DNA of 60,836 nucleotides from Chloroflexota bacterium (GTDB lineage: Bacteria > Chloroflexota > UBA11872). The notes beneath the pieces were generated by a model. That model saw only the letters and a list, made by a program, of their open reading frames with translations. It was not told the DNA's origin and ran no database searches. This document shows positions 28,179 to 38,669 of this stretch, piece by piece. The stretch lies in the NCBI GenBank assembly GCA_034428595.1, contig DAOUHO010000041.1:1-60836 (forward strand), in the 5' to 3' direction. The position numbers and the translations under genes are program-made. Within the stretch, counting starts at the first letter, position 1; each line of letters starts with the position of its first letter.

Positions 28179-30410
28179 ATGCACAGAGTTGAAACCGAGC
28201 TGGGAGGGCGAACCTTCAGCCTGGAAACCGGCGAGTTGGCCGGCCAGGCGGACGGCGCCGTCGTGGCGCGCTACGGCGACACGACCCTATTGGCGACGGT
28301 CGTTTGCTCCAGCCCCCGCCAGGGGCTGGATTTCTTTCCGCTCCAAGTCGAGTTCGAGGAGCGGGCCTATTCGATCGGCCGCATTCCGGGCAGCGTGCTG
28401 CGGCGCGAAGGTCGTCCGCCGCTGTCGGGCATCCTCGCCGGCCGCCTCGCGGACCGCTGCATTCGGCCCCTTTTCCCCGATGGGATGCGCAATGACACGC
28501 AGATCGTCCTGACGCTGCTGACCCACGACGGGGAGAACGAGCCGGACGTGATGGGCATCGTGGCCGCCTCGGCCGCGTTGATGCTCACCGGGCTGCCATT
28601 CGAGGGCCCCGTGGGCGCCCTTCGAGTGGGCCTGGACGGCGATGAGTTCGCGGCCAACGCGCCCATCGACCCCGAGGGCGGGGAGCCGGCGCTCGACCTG
28701 GTCGTGGCCGGCACGGGTGCGGGCGTGGTGATGCTCGAGGCCGGGGCCCAGGTCGTGCCCGACGACACGGTCGTGCGCGCGATCAATTGGGGGCAAGAGC
28801 AGCTCCAGGGCCTGGTCGACATCCAGCTGCAACTCAAGGACCTGGCCGGTAAGCCGGCGCGTGGCGTGGACGTCATCAAGCCAACCGACGAGCTGCTCGA
28901 AGCGGTCAGCGAGCGCTACGGGTCCAGGATTCAGGACGCGGCGCGGGTGATGGACCGCGCGGAGCGCAAGAATCTGCTCGGGACCGTCGCCGCGGATGCC
29001 GAGGCCGAGCTGGGCGAGGACCACGACGCCGCGCGGATCGACGACGCCTTGCACGACGTCGAAGCGCAGGCCGTCCGTGCGCTCATCCTGAACGAGGGCA
29101 TTCGCCCCGACGGGCGCGACGAATCCTCCCTGCGTGCACTTTCGGCGCGGGTGGGCGTGCTGCCGCGCATCCACGGCACCGGCCTATTTCAGCGCGGCGA
29201 GACCCAGGTGCTTGCGGTGACCACGCTCGGCACCCCGCGCGACGTGCAGCGCATCGGCCTCACGGACCTGGAAGCCATGGCGCAGCCCAAGCGCTTTATC
29301 CACCACTACAACATGCCGCCGTTTGCCAGCGGCGAGACCGGCCGGTTGGGGTCGCCCAAGCGCCGCGAGATTGGGCACGGAGCACTCGCCGAGCGCGCGA
29401 TCGCGCCGGTGCTGCCGGACGTCAAGGACTTTCCCTACACCATCCGCGTCGTATCCGAGGTGCTGTCGTCCAACGGGTCGACGTCCATGGCGTCCACCTG
29501 CGGCAGCACGCTGAGCCTGATGGACGCCGGGGTGCCGCTCAAGGCGCCGGTCGCCGGAATCTCCATTGGCATGATTGCCGGCGATGACGGCCGGTTCACC
29601 GTGCTCACCGACATCCAGGGCGCCGAGGATCACTTCGGCGACATGGACTTCAAGGTGGCGGGCACGGCCGAGGGTGTAACTGCCGTCCAGGTGGACATCA
29701 AGATCAAGAGTCTGACCCCCGCGATGATCGAGGCGGCGGTGCAGCGCGCCCGAGAGGCGCGGATGCAGATCCTGGACGTGATGCGGGTGAGCATTGCCGA
29801 ACCGCGCGACGACGTGGGCGAGTTCGCGCCCAAGATCATCCAGGTCTCGATCTCGCCGGATAGCATCGGCGCGGTGATTGGGCCGGGCGGCAAGATGATC
29901 CGCCGCCTGGAGGCCGAGACGGGCGCCAGTATCGACATCGAGGAGGACGGCACGGTGACCGTCGGCGGGGCCACCCGCGAGGGCACCGACCGCGCCGTCC
30001 AGATGATCAAGGACCTGACGGGCGAGGTCGAGATCGGCCGCACGGTCCTGGGCAAGGTGACGCGTATCATGAACTTTGGCGCGTTCGTCGAAATCGTGCC
30101 CGGCAAGGAAGGCCTCGTCCCGATCAATGAGCTGGCCGAAGAGCCGGTGGGATCCGTCAATGACGTCGTGGCCGAAGGCGATGACATCATGGTGATGGTG
30201 GTGGAAGTCGACCACCTGGGCCGCATCAACCTGTCGCGGCGCGCGGTGCTGCAAGACCTGACACCCGCCGAGACCCTGGCCACGGCTCCGCCCCGTCCGG
30301 GGCGCGACGGTCCTCGTGGCGGCGGTCGCCGCGACGGGCCGGGCGGGCGCGGCGGCGGCCGCGGCGGCCGCGGCGGACGCCCACCGCGCGGCGGTCGCAG
30401 GTTCGACTAG
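28179..30410 (+). CDS. pnp: polyribonucleotide nucleotidyltransferase (PNPase) with Arg/Gly-rich C-terminal tail
   Basis: MHRVETELGGRTFSLETGELAGQADGAV.., two RNase PH domains, KH (ISPDSIGAVIGPGGKMIRRLE) and S1 (GKVTRIMNFGAFVEIVPGKEGLV). It ends in a GGRGGGRGGRGGRPPRGGRRFD tail. Confidence 0.95.
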   Translation: MHRVETELGGRTFSLETGELAGQADGAVVARYGDTTLLATVVCSSPRQGLDFFPLQVEFEERAYSIGRIPGSVLRREGRPPLSGILAGRLADRCIRPLFPDGMRNDTQIVLTLLTHDGENEPDVMGIVAASAALMLTGLPFEGPVGALRVGLDGDEFAANAPIDPEGGEPALDLVVAGTGAGVVMLEAGAQVVPDDTVVRAINWGQEQLQGLVDIQLQLKDLAGKPARGVDVIKPTDELLEAVSERYGSRIQDAARVMDRAERKNLLGTVAADAEAELGEDHDAARIDDALHDVEAQAVRALILNEGIRPDGRDESSLRALSARVGVLPRIHGTGLFQRGETQVLAVTTLGTPRDVQRIGLTDLEAMAQPKRFIHHYNMPPFASGETGRLGSPKRREIGHGALAERAIAPVLPDVKDFPYTIRVVSEVLSSNGSTSMASTCGSTLSLMDAGVPLKAPVAGISIGMIAGDDGRFTVLTDIQGAEDHFGDMDFKVAGTAEGVTAVQVDIKIKSLTPAMIEAAVQRAREARMQILDVMRVSIAEPRDDVGEFAPKIIQVSISPDSIGAVIGPGGKMIRRLEAETGASIDIEEDGTVTVGGATREGTDRAVQMIKDLTGEVEIGRTVLGKVTRIMNFGAFVEIVPGKEGLVPINELAEEPVGSVNDVVAEGDDIMVMVVEVDHLGRINLSRRAVLQDLTPAETLATAPPRPGRDGPRGGGRRDGPGGRGGGRGGRGGRPPRGGRRFD

Positions 30411-30419
30411 GACCGGAAC

Positions 30420-31202
30420 ATGCTCCGAGTAGCCGTGCTTGGTGCCACCGGCCAAATGGGCCAGGCGGTCGTGGCGGCCGTGGAGGGCGCCGACGACCTA
30501 GAGCTTGTCGCCCGGATCAACCGGGTGTCCTCGCCTGGGAGCGCCCCGTTCTTCACGGAGTTCGAGGCGGCCGTCCAGGCGACCTCGCCCGAGGTCGTGG
30601 TGGACTTCTCGGTGGCGGACGCCGCGGCGGACCATGCGCTGGAGGCGCTGGACGTAGGCGTGTCGCCGGTGATCGGCACGACCGGGATGTCGGACGAACA
30701 GGTTGGGGCCATTCGCGAGCGTGCGGCCTCCACCGGCGTCGGGGCGTTCATTGCGCCAAACTTCGCCATCGGCGCGGTGCTGATGATGCAGATGGCCGCG
30801 ATGGCGGCCCCGCATCTGGACAGCGTCGAGGTGATTGAGCTGCACCACGACCGCAAGCGCGACGCGCCCTCGGGAACGGCGGCGCGGACGGCGGAGCTGA
30901 TCGTGCGCGCCCGCGGCGGGCAGCCCGCCCGGGACGCCGCCACCGAGGCCTTCACGCTCGATGGCGTGCGCGGCGGCGTGCGCGACGGCGTGCGGCTGCA
31001 CAGCGTGCGGCTGCCGGGCCTGGTGGCGCACCAGGAAGTGATTTTCGGCGGGGAGGGGCAGACGCTCACGATCCGCCACGACTCGACGAGCCGGGAGTCG
31101 TTCATGCCCGGCGTTTTGCTGGCCGTTCGACGGGTGCGCGGGTTGCGCGGCCTGGTGATTGGCCTGGAGCACTTGCTCACAAGCTCCGAGGGAGAAGCCT
31201 AA
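30420..31202 (+). CDS. dapB: 4-hydroxy-tetrahydrodipicolinate reductase
   Basis: VAVLGATGQMG and the ELHHDRKRDAPSGTA signature. Confidence 0.9.
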   Translation: MLRVAVLGATGQMGQAVVAAVEGADDLELVARINRVSSPGSAPFFTEFEAAVQATSPEVVVDFSVADAAADHALEALDVGVSPVIGTTGMSDEQVGAIRERAASTGVGAFIAPNFAIGAVLMMQMAAMAAPHLDSVEVIELHHDRKRDAPSGTAARTAELIVRARGGQPARDAATEAFTLDGVRGGVRDGVRLHSVRLPGLVAHQEVIFGGEGQTLTIRHDSTSRESFMPGVLLAVRRVRGLRGLVIGLEHLLTSSEGEA

Positions 31203-32242
31203 TGTCAGCCGGATATGCGGTGGGAGTGATCGGCGCCACGGGCGCCGTGGGCCGCGAGTTCTTGCAAGTGATGGAGGAGCGCCGCTTCCCGGTGCGCGAG
31301 CTGCGGCTGTGGGCCAGCCCGCGCAGCCGCGGGCGGCAGATCGAGTTCAACGGCAAGCCCTACACGGTCGAGGCGCTGGACGACGCGGTGTTCGAGGGCC
31401 TTGACTTCGTTCTGATTTCGGCCTCCGGTGACATAAGCCGCGCCCAGGCCCCGCGCGTGGCGCAGGCCGGCGCGCTGGCCATCGACGACAGCTCGGCGTT
31501 TCGCTACGACGACGCGGTGCCGCTGGTGGTGCCCGAGGTCAACGCGGAAGACATTGCCTGGCACAAGGGCATCGTGGCCATTCCCAACTGCTCCACCACG
31601 CCCATCGTCCAGGTGCTGGCGCCGCTGCACGCGGTGAATCCCCTGCGGCGCATCATCGCCGACACCTATCAGTCGGTCTCCGGCGCCGGTGGACGGGCCA
31701 TGGAAGAGCTGAGCGAGCAGACGGCCGCCCAGGCTCGCGGCGAAACGCCGGCGGTCGACCCGGACGTATTTCCGCACCAGATCGCCTCCAACTTGATTCC
31801 GTCCATCGACTCGCCGCGCGACGACGGCTACTCCAAGGAGGAGTGGAAGGTCTGGGCGGAGTCGCGCAAGATCATGCACGTGCCGGATCTGGCCGTATCG
31901 GCCACCTGCGTGCGGGTGCCGGTGTTCCGGGCCCATGCCGCGGCCGTCCACGCGGAGTTCAGCGAGCCGTTCGACGCCGCCGAGGCACGCGCGATGCTCG
32001 AGGACGTGCCCGGCGTGCAGGTCGTCGACGACCTGGCGGCCGACCAGTACCCCATGCCGTCGGACGCGGCGGGCAACGACACGACCTGGGTGGGCCGGAT
32101 TCGCCAGGATATGTCGCACCCGAACGGGCTTGTCTTCTGGGTGGTGTCCGACAACCTGCGCAAGGGCGCGGCGACCAACTCGATCCAGATTGCGGAAGCG
32201 GCCATCGCGAATCACTGGCTGAAACAGGCGCAGCCGGCGTAG
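31202..32242 (+). CDS. asd: aspartate-semialdehyde dehydrogenase
   Basis: VGVIGATGAVG, the active-site IPNCSTT, and SVSGAG. The TAATG overlaps the dapB stop. Confidence 0.95.
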   Translation: MSAGYAVGVIGATGAVGREFLQVMEERRFPVRELRLWASPRSRGRQIEFNGKPYTVEALDDAVFEGLDFVLISASGDISRAQAPRVAQAGALAIDDSSAFRYDDAVPLVVPEVNAEDIAWHKGIVAIPNCSTTPIVQVLAPLHAVNPLRRIIADTYQSVSGAGGRAMEELSEQTAAQARGETPAVDPDVFPHQIASNLIPSIDSPRDDGYSKEEWKVWAESRKIMHVPDLAVSATCVRVPVFRAHAAAVHAEFSEPFDAAEARAMLEDVPGVQVVDDLAADQYPMPSDAAGNDTTWVGRIRQDMSHPNGLVFWVVSDNLRKGAATNSIQIAEAAIANHWLKQAQPA

Positions 32243-32344
32243 CGGAGGCGCGGTTCGCGTCGCGGGTACAATTCCGAGCGGGGTCGCGTGCGTGGTGACC
32301 GCACCGCGCCTGAGGCGTGCACCAGCCTCGCAGGGGGGAATGCC

Positions 32345-33262
32345 ATGCTGACCTTTGGTCGGCTCATCACCGCGGCGGTCACGCCGTTCCACGACGACGG
32401 GTCGGTCGACTACGACACCTTCGGTCGCATGGTCGACGGCCTGATCGACGCCGGCAACGACGCCGTCGTGGTCACCGGCACCACCGGCGAGTCGCCGGTG
32501 CTGACCGAGACCGAGCGCATGTCGCTCTACCGAGAAGCCCTGAGCGCCGCCAACAGGCGCGCGCGCGTGATCGCCGGCACGGGCGGCTACAACACCAGCG
32601 AGAGCATCCATCTGTCGCGCGCGGCGGCGGAGGTGGGCGTCGACGGCCTGCTGCAAGTGACGCCGTACTACAACAAGCCGCCGCAGGCGGGTCTGTTCCG
32701 CCACTTCCAGGCCATCGCGGCTTCCACGCCACTGCCCAACATCCTCTACAACGTCCCGGGCCGCACCTCGTGCAACCTGGAGGCGGAGACGGTGGCGGAT
32801 CTGAGCGCCATCGACAACATCATCGGCATCAAGGAGGCGAGCGCGGACTTCGAGCAGATTGGCCATATCGCGCGCACGACGCCGGACGACTTTGCCATCT
32901 ACAGCGGCAACGACGCGGACACCTACCTGATCATGGCGCTGGGCGGTGTGGGCGTGGTGAGCGTGGCCAGCCACGTGGTGAGCGGCGAGATCCGGGCGAT
33001 GATCGACGCGTTCGTCGCGGGCGATCTCGACGGCGCGCGCACCCGGCACCTGCACCTGCTGCCCATCTCGCAAATCCTGTTCCCGGCCGGCTGGCCCAAT
33101 CCGGTGTCCGTGAAGGCCGCGCTGGGGTTGGGCGGATTCGACGTCGGCGTACCGCGACTTCCCCTGGTCGACCTGCCCGACGACATGAAGTCCAGCCTGC
33201 GCGCGGTGATGGACGCCTACGCGCTGGACGCTTACCTCACGCGAACGCCTGTGGCCGTCTAG
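32345..33262 (+). CDS. dapA: 4-hydroxy-tetrahydrodipicolinate synthase
   Basis: From the ATG at 32345: MLTFGRLITAAVTPF...VVTGTTGESPVLT...YNKP...LYNVPGRT...IGIKEAS. Confidence 0.9.
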   Translation: MLTFGRLITAAVTPFHDDGSVDYDTFGRMVDGLIDAGNDAVVVTGTTGESPVLTETERMSLYREALSAANRRARVIAGTGGYNTSESIHLSRAAAEVGVDGLLQVTPYYNKPPQAGLFRHFQAIAASTPLPNILYNVPGRTSCNLEAETVADLSAIDNIIGIKEASADFEQIGHIARTTPDDFAIYSGNDADTYLIMALGGVGVVSVASHVVSGEIRAMIDAFVAGDLDGARTRHLHLLPISQILFPAGWPNPVSVKAALGLGGFDVGVPRLPLVDLPDDMKSSLRAVMDAYALDAYLTRTPVAV

Positions 33263-33886
33263 GTGGCGGAGGCTTTCCCGAGCTTTAGCGATCTGGCGGA
33301 GCTCGCCGAGGCCGTCAAGGGCTGCACGCGCTGCCGCTTGGCGCAGGGTCGCACGCACGCCGTTCCCGGCGAAGGGGCGGCCGACGCGGCGGTGATGTTC
33401 ATTGGCGAGGGCCCCGGCTTTCACGAAGACCAGCAGGGGCGGCCCTTCGTGGGCGCCGCCGGGCAGTTGCTGGACGAGCTGATCGAGGGCATCGGCCTGC
33501 GGCGGCGCGAGGTTTTCATCGCCAACGTGCTCAAATGCCGGCCCCCCGAGAACCGCGACCCGGCGCCGGATGAGGCGGAGGCCTGCCGGCCGTACCTGGA
33601 CCGGCAAATCGAGCTGATCGACCCGAAGGTGATCGTGCTGCTGGGCCGGCACGCGCTGCAGGCGCACTTCTCCGACGCGCAGATCTCGCGGGCGCGCGGC
33701 GTACCCCGCCGTCGCGACGGGCGCACGTTTCTCCCCGTCTATCACCCGGCGGCGGCGCTGCGGCAGATGCGCCTTCGCGACGTGCTGCGCAGCGATTTCG
33801 CGCTGATCCCCAAGCTGCTAGAGGACCCGACGCCCGCCGCCGAGCCCGCGGAGCCGGAGAGCCAGCAGCTGTCGATGTTCGGATGA
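33263..33886 (+). CDS. uracil-DNA glycosylase, family 4
   Basis: C..C.L, GEGPGFHEDQQGRPFVGAAGQLL and the HPAAALR motif. Confidence 0.85.
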   Translation: MAEAFPSFSDLAELAEAVKGCTRCRLAQGRTHAVPGEGAADAAVMFIGEGPGFHEDQQGRPFVGAAGQLLDELIEGIGLRRREVFIANVLKCRPPENRDPAPDEAEACRPYLDRQIELIDPKVIVLLGRHALQAHFSDAQISRARGVPRRRDGRTFLPVYHPAAALRQMRLRDVLRSDFALIPKLLEDPTPAAEPAEPESQQLSMFG

Positions 33887-33918
33887 GGCGGCCGAGCGCT
33901 CGGCCGTTCGACGCTAGC

Positions 33919-33957
33919 TCGGGCCTGGATTCCGGCTTCCGACGGAATGACGGCAGG
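33919..33957 (+). repeat. repeat family E
   Basis: tcgggcctggattccggcttccgacggaatgacggcagg; near-identical to 5446-5484. Confidence 0.75.
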
Positions 33958-33995
33958 GGCGCCCTTCGCCGGGCGCGGCGAACGTAGCGGGCGCG

Positions 33996-35666
<1,671 letters not shown>

Positions 35667-35705
35667 CGGGGCCGCCACCGCGCGCCCTCAGCTACCGGCG
35701 CGTTT

Positions 35706-35750
35706 CCCCCTCATCCTAACCTTCTCCCTCCAGGGGAGAAGGGACCGGAC
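35706..35750 (+). repeat. REP-like palindromic element, family A (CCTTCTCCC-N4-GGGAGAAGG core)
   Basis: ccccctcatcctaaccttctccctccaggggagaagggaccggac. Shadow ORFs crossing it read PSPLEGEG. Confidence 0.8.
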
Positions 35751-35797
35751 TCCCAAGCAAGCCACCAGCTATCTGAGTCTCGCGGGTGCCTTGTTCC

Positions 35798-35833
35798 GTC
35801 TCCCCGACGAGGGAGAGGGAAAGGGTGAGGAGG
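35798..35833 (-). repeat. REP-like element, family B
   Basis: The reverse complement reads cctcctcaccctttccctctccctcgtcggggagac. Confidence 0.65.
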
Positions 35834-35839
35834 TCTGCT

Positions 35840-38377
35840 TCACATATCACGCTCTTCCTGAAGTCCGTCCGGCGGCACGGGCTCGAAGTCGGGCACGGCG
35901 AGGGGTTCGTGGCGGAAGACGGCGGGGGCGCTGAAGGTGTTTTGATGCACCCGGCCGTCGGGATAGATTTCGAGTCGTTGGATTTGGGCGCCGAGGGCAA
36001 AGGTGATGGCGAGTTCCAGCTCTCGGCCGTAGACGCTCTCAAACGCGGCCGCCAGGGCAGCGTCGGTGGGGTCGTAGACGTTGATCCAGTGATCGTTGCC
36101 GGCCTGAACCACCAGCGGATACGACTCGCCTTCGAACTCGAAGGCCAGGGCGGTTTCGGCCCCCGCCGCGGGCGCCGCCAGCCAGACATCGGCACCGGCC
36201 AGGACCGAGTCGCCGATCGGGTGGCCGTGGCGGTCCAGAATCTCGAGCCGCCCGTGCGGGCGCTGCGCGTCCGCAGCCTGCGCGAAGCGCTGCGCGAAGC
36301 CGGTCGTCAGATCGGTGGCGTTCCAGTAGACGATCTGGACTGACTCGGACAGCTCGGCCAGCGTCGAATCGACGTCCCGGTCGGTGGTGAGGCTCACGAC
36401 TAGGTCATAGCCGGCCAGCGCTCCGGCCATAGCCTCCTCGGGAGTGATGAAGTCGGCCTGGGGCGCGTAGCGCCGCAGGAAGTGCCGGATCAGCAGCCGC
36501 TGGTTCTCGAACAGGCCGTTCGTGCCGAGCGGATACGCGTCGGCGGGGTCCCCGATGATGACCGCGCGCGGCAGATCGTCGGCCCGGGTCTCCGCCAGCT
36601 GTGCGAGCTGCTTCTGCGCCAGCTCGTAGCGTCGCCATTCATAGGTGTCGTCGGGGAAGAGGTGCGAGCCCTCCCAGAACTCGTTCCAGCTGTAGATGAA
36701 AACCAGGCTCGGGTTGGTATGCGCGGCGAGCCAATCCGTTTCCTGTAGATAGCGGTTGTCGTCGCGCACCACGCGCGGCAGCCGGTCGCGCGCGGCGACG
36801 CCGCGGTTGTCGAAGATGTAGTTCCAGGTCACGACGTGATGCCCAAACTGCGACTGGGGCACGTCGACCACGAAGTTGAACGGGGCGTAGTCGTCGGGCC
36901 AGCGCTCGAAGGCCAGCTCCTGGACCTGGGACGGCGGCAAGTAGGCGACCGACCAGTCGAAAATCACGTCGACTCCCAGCGCCGTCTCAACGCGCTGCAC
37001 CAGCTCGGTGAAGAACCAGGTCCACGCCTCCGTGTCGTCGAGCGCTTCCGGAAAGCCGTAGGCATAGACCACTACGGGAAGACGACCGTGAGCGTCGTAG
37101 AGCCACAGGTCCGATGGAATTCCTTCGTAGAAGGCGATGACTTCGTCCGAGATCTTGCTCAGGCTGGCCTCGTCCGCCGCGATGTACGCGCGGTCGCTGA
37201 GCACGGCCTGGCCGCCGGCGTGCAGCAGCTCCCAGTCGTAGAACAGGCCGATTGCGAGCTCATGGCGGCGCAGCGAATCAAGCACTGTGGCGGTCGGAGT
37301 CAAATTCGCGCCCTGGTACCACTCCCAGAACACGCCGTCGACGCCTAGGTCGCGGATCAACTCGAAGTTGGCGTCGTAGTAGGCGAGCGACCCGACCTGC
37401 CCCCGCGTGATGCCGATGCGCTCCCACGTGAGCCCGTGGGTGAAGTACTCCGTCGGCAGGTAGTTGTGGTTCCACCAGTCGAAGAAGTGCACGGCGCTTA
37501 CCGGACGCGGCGGCCGCAGGTGGGGCCGCTGGTCGGCGCGATGGGGCTCGGTAGCGTGGGCCGGGATCAGTCCCGTGGCCTGGAGCAGGTCGAGCACCGA
37601 AAGCAGCCGCGGCGCGCCATCCGTGTTGGGGTCATAGACCCACGCCGCCCGTTGTGTCCGCAGGGCGTAGCCCGCGTCCGTCTGCGCGACCGCCATTGGC
37701 AGCCCGTACAGCGCGATCGCCGCATCGTTGTTTGGCAGAGGGTTGCCCGCAGTGCGAAAGGCGTCTCGCAGCGCCACCCGCCACGGCTCCGCGCCCTCGA
37801 GCAGGGCCAGGTGCCGGTTGCGAACGTCATCCCAGGTCTGGCCCTCATCGGCCGACCAATCGGCCGACGCCGGGATCCCGAAGTCCTCCAGCAATTGGGC
37901 GTCGTGCCCACGGGCGGACAGGAGGTCCAGCACGTTCACCATGGCGGCGCCACGCGTGGGGTCCGAGCGCAACAGGCCCCGTTCGAACACTTGCCGCACC
38001 CAGCCGGCGAGCTCGAAGCGGCGCGAGACGGGCGCCCCGAGCGTGTCCTCCCCGCCGAGGTCCCGCCACCCCGACCAGAGGCGAATGCCCCGGTCGTCGG
38101 TGACCGAAAATCCGAGCCCGGGCGCCTCCGCCGCGTCGCCAGCCGCGAAGAAGGCGCCGGCATTTATCGGCGTGGCCGGCTCGGTGGCGCGTACGCGATG
38201 AGCGTCCGCCAGCATTCCCGCCGCCAGCCCGGCGATGCATGCCAGCCAGACGACAGCGCGGAGTCGCCCCGCAATACGCGGCCGATCGCGCCTTCCCACA
38301 TTGATACACGGCAGGGCGTGATTGAGCGGGGTCTGGCGGATTCTTGGCGATACTCGGAATAGCAACGGAAGTCTCAT
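35840..38377 (-). CDS. secreted glycoside-hydrolase-like protein (TIM-barrel style SWNEFWEGS motif), function unknown
   Basis: The hydrophobic signal-like segment RLRAVVWLACIAGLAAGMLA follows the alternative starts (GTG 38443, ATG 38377, GTG 38299). An LGFP-like segment is present (GAPVSRRFELAGWVRQVFERGLL). The central region has FFDWWNHNY, VFWEWYQG and FIYSWNEFWEGSHLFPD. Confidence 0.6.
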   Translation of the reverse strand: MRLPLLFRVSPRIRQTPLNHALPCINVGRRDRPRIAGRLRAVVWLACIAGLAAGMLADAHRVRATEPATPINAGAFFAAGDAAEAPGLGFSVTDDRGIRLWSGWRDLGGEDTLGAPVSRRFELAGWVRQVFERGLLRSDPTRGAAMVNVLDLLSARGHDAQLLEDFGIPASADWSADEGQTWDDVRNRHLALLEGAEPWRVALRDAFRTAGNPLPNNDAAIALYGLPMAVAQTDAGYALRTQRAAWVYDPNTDGAPRLLSVLDLLQATGLIPAHATEPHRADQRPHLRPPRPVSAVHFFDWWNHNYLPTEYFTHGLTWERIGITRGQVGSLAYYDANFELIRDLGVDGVFWEWYQGANLTPTATVLDSLRRHELAIGLFYDWELLHAGGQAVLSDRAYIAADEASLSKISDEVIAFYEGIPSDLWLYDAHGRLPVVVYAYGFPEALDDTEAWTWFFTELVQRVETALGVDVIFDWSVAYLPPSQVQELAFERWPDDYAPFNFVVDVPQSQFGHHVVTWNYIFDNRGVAARDRLPRVVRDDNRYLQETDWLAAHTNPSLVFIYSWNEFWEGSHLFPDDTYEWRRYELAQKQLAQLAETRADDLPRAVIIGDPADAYPLGTNGLFENQRLLIRHFLRRYAPQADFITPEEAMAGALAGYDLVVSLTTDRDVDSTLAELSESVQIVYWNATDLTTGFAQRFAQAADAQRPHGRLEILDRHGHPIGDSVLAGADVWLAAPAAGAETALAFEFEGESYPLVVQAGNDHWINVYDPTDAALAAAFESVYGRELELAITFALGAQIQRLEIYPDGRVHQNTFSAPAVFRHEPLAVPDFEPVPPDGLQEERDM

Positions 38378-38528
38378 GTCTACCGAGGGGGCGTTCAGCA
38401 TGCCAGAGGCCGTGAGTCGTGAAAGGCCCAAGCCGCAGGCCACACTGGAAAATCCGTCGGCCCGCCGGATATCATCGGGCGAAGGTTCGTCGACGCGCCG
38501 GAATCTGAGGCTTACCCAGTCCGGGCGC

Positions 38529-38630
38529 GGAGTCGATCTTCAAACTAAGATTCGGAACTCGCTCGGGAGGCACTAGTTCCACCAGACCCGGCGGCGGCCG
38601 GCGAGCGTGCCGATCGTCACTGAGGTCTAA
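38529..38630 (+). pseudogene. decayed duplicate of the rnj 3' end
   Basis: gagtcgatcttcaaactaagattcggaactcgctcgggaggcactag...ccgatcgtcactgaggtctaa aligns with 35561-35666. In frame it reads VDLQTKIRNSLGRH*FHQTRRRPASVPIVTEV*, against EVDYLQSKIRNSLGRHLFQKTRRRPVILPIVTEV* in rnj. Confidence 0.65.
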
Positions 38631-38669
38631 AACCGGCGCGCCTCATGCCGCGCCGGCAAGGAGTGCCTC

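Noticed and set aside
31205-33745. 846-aa minus-strand ORF, the second longest in the region.
   Set aside because: It lies exactly antisense to asd, dapA and udg, all of which have unambiguous active-site motifs. It has the composition typical of a shadow ORF.
35700-35840. Whether the short palindromic repeats could be a CRISPR array.
   Set aside because: The repeats are scattered singly or in pairs across many intergenic regions. Orientations are mixed, spacing is irregular, and there are no cas genes. They behave as REP or MITE-like elements.
38322-38576. 84-aa ORF ending ...DLQTKIRNSLGRH.
   Set aside because: Its C-terminus is simply the decayed rnj 3'-end relic read in frame up to the nonsense codon. 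It is not an independent gene.
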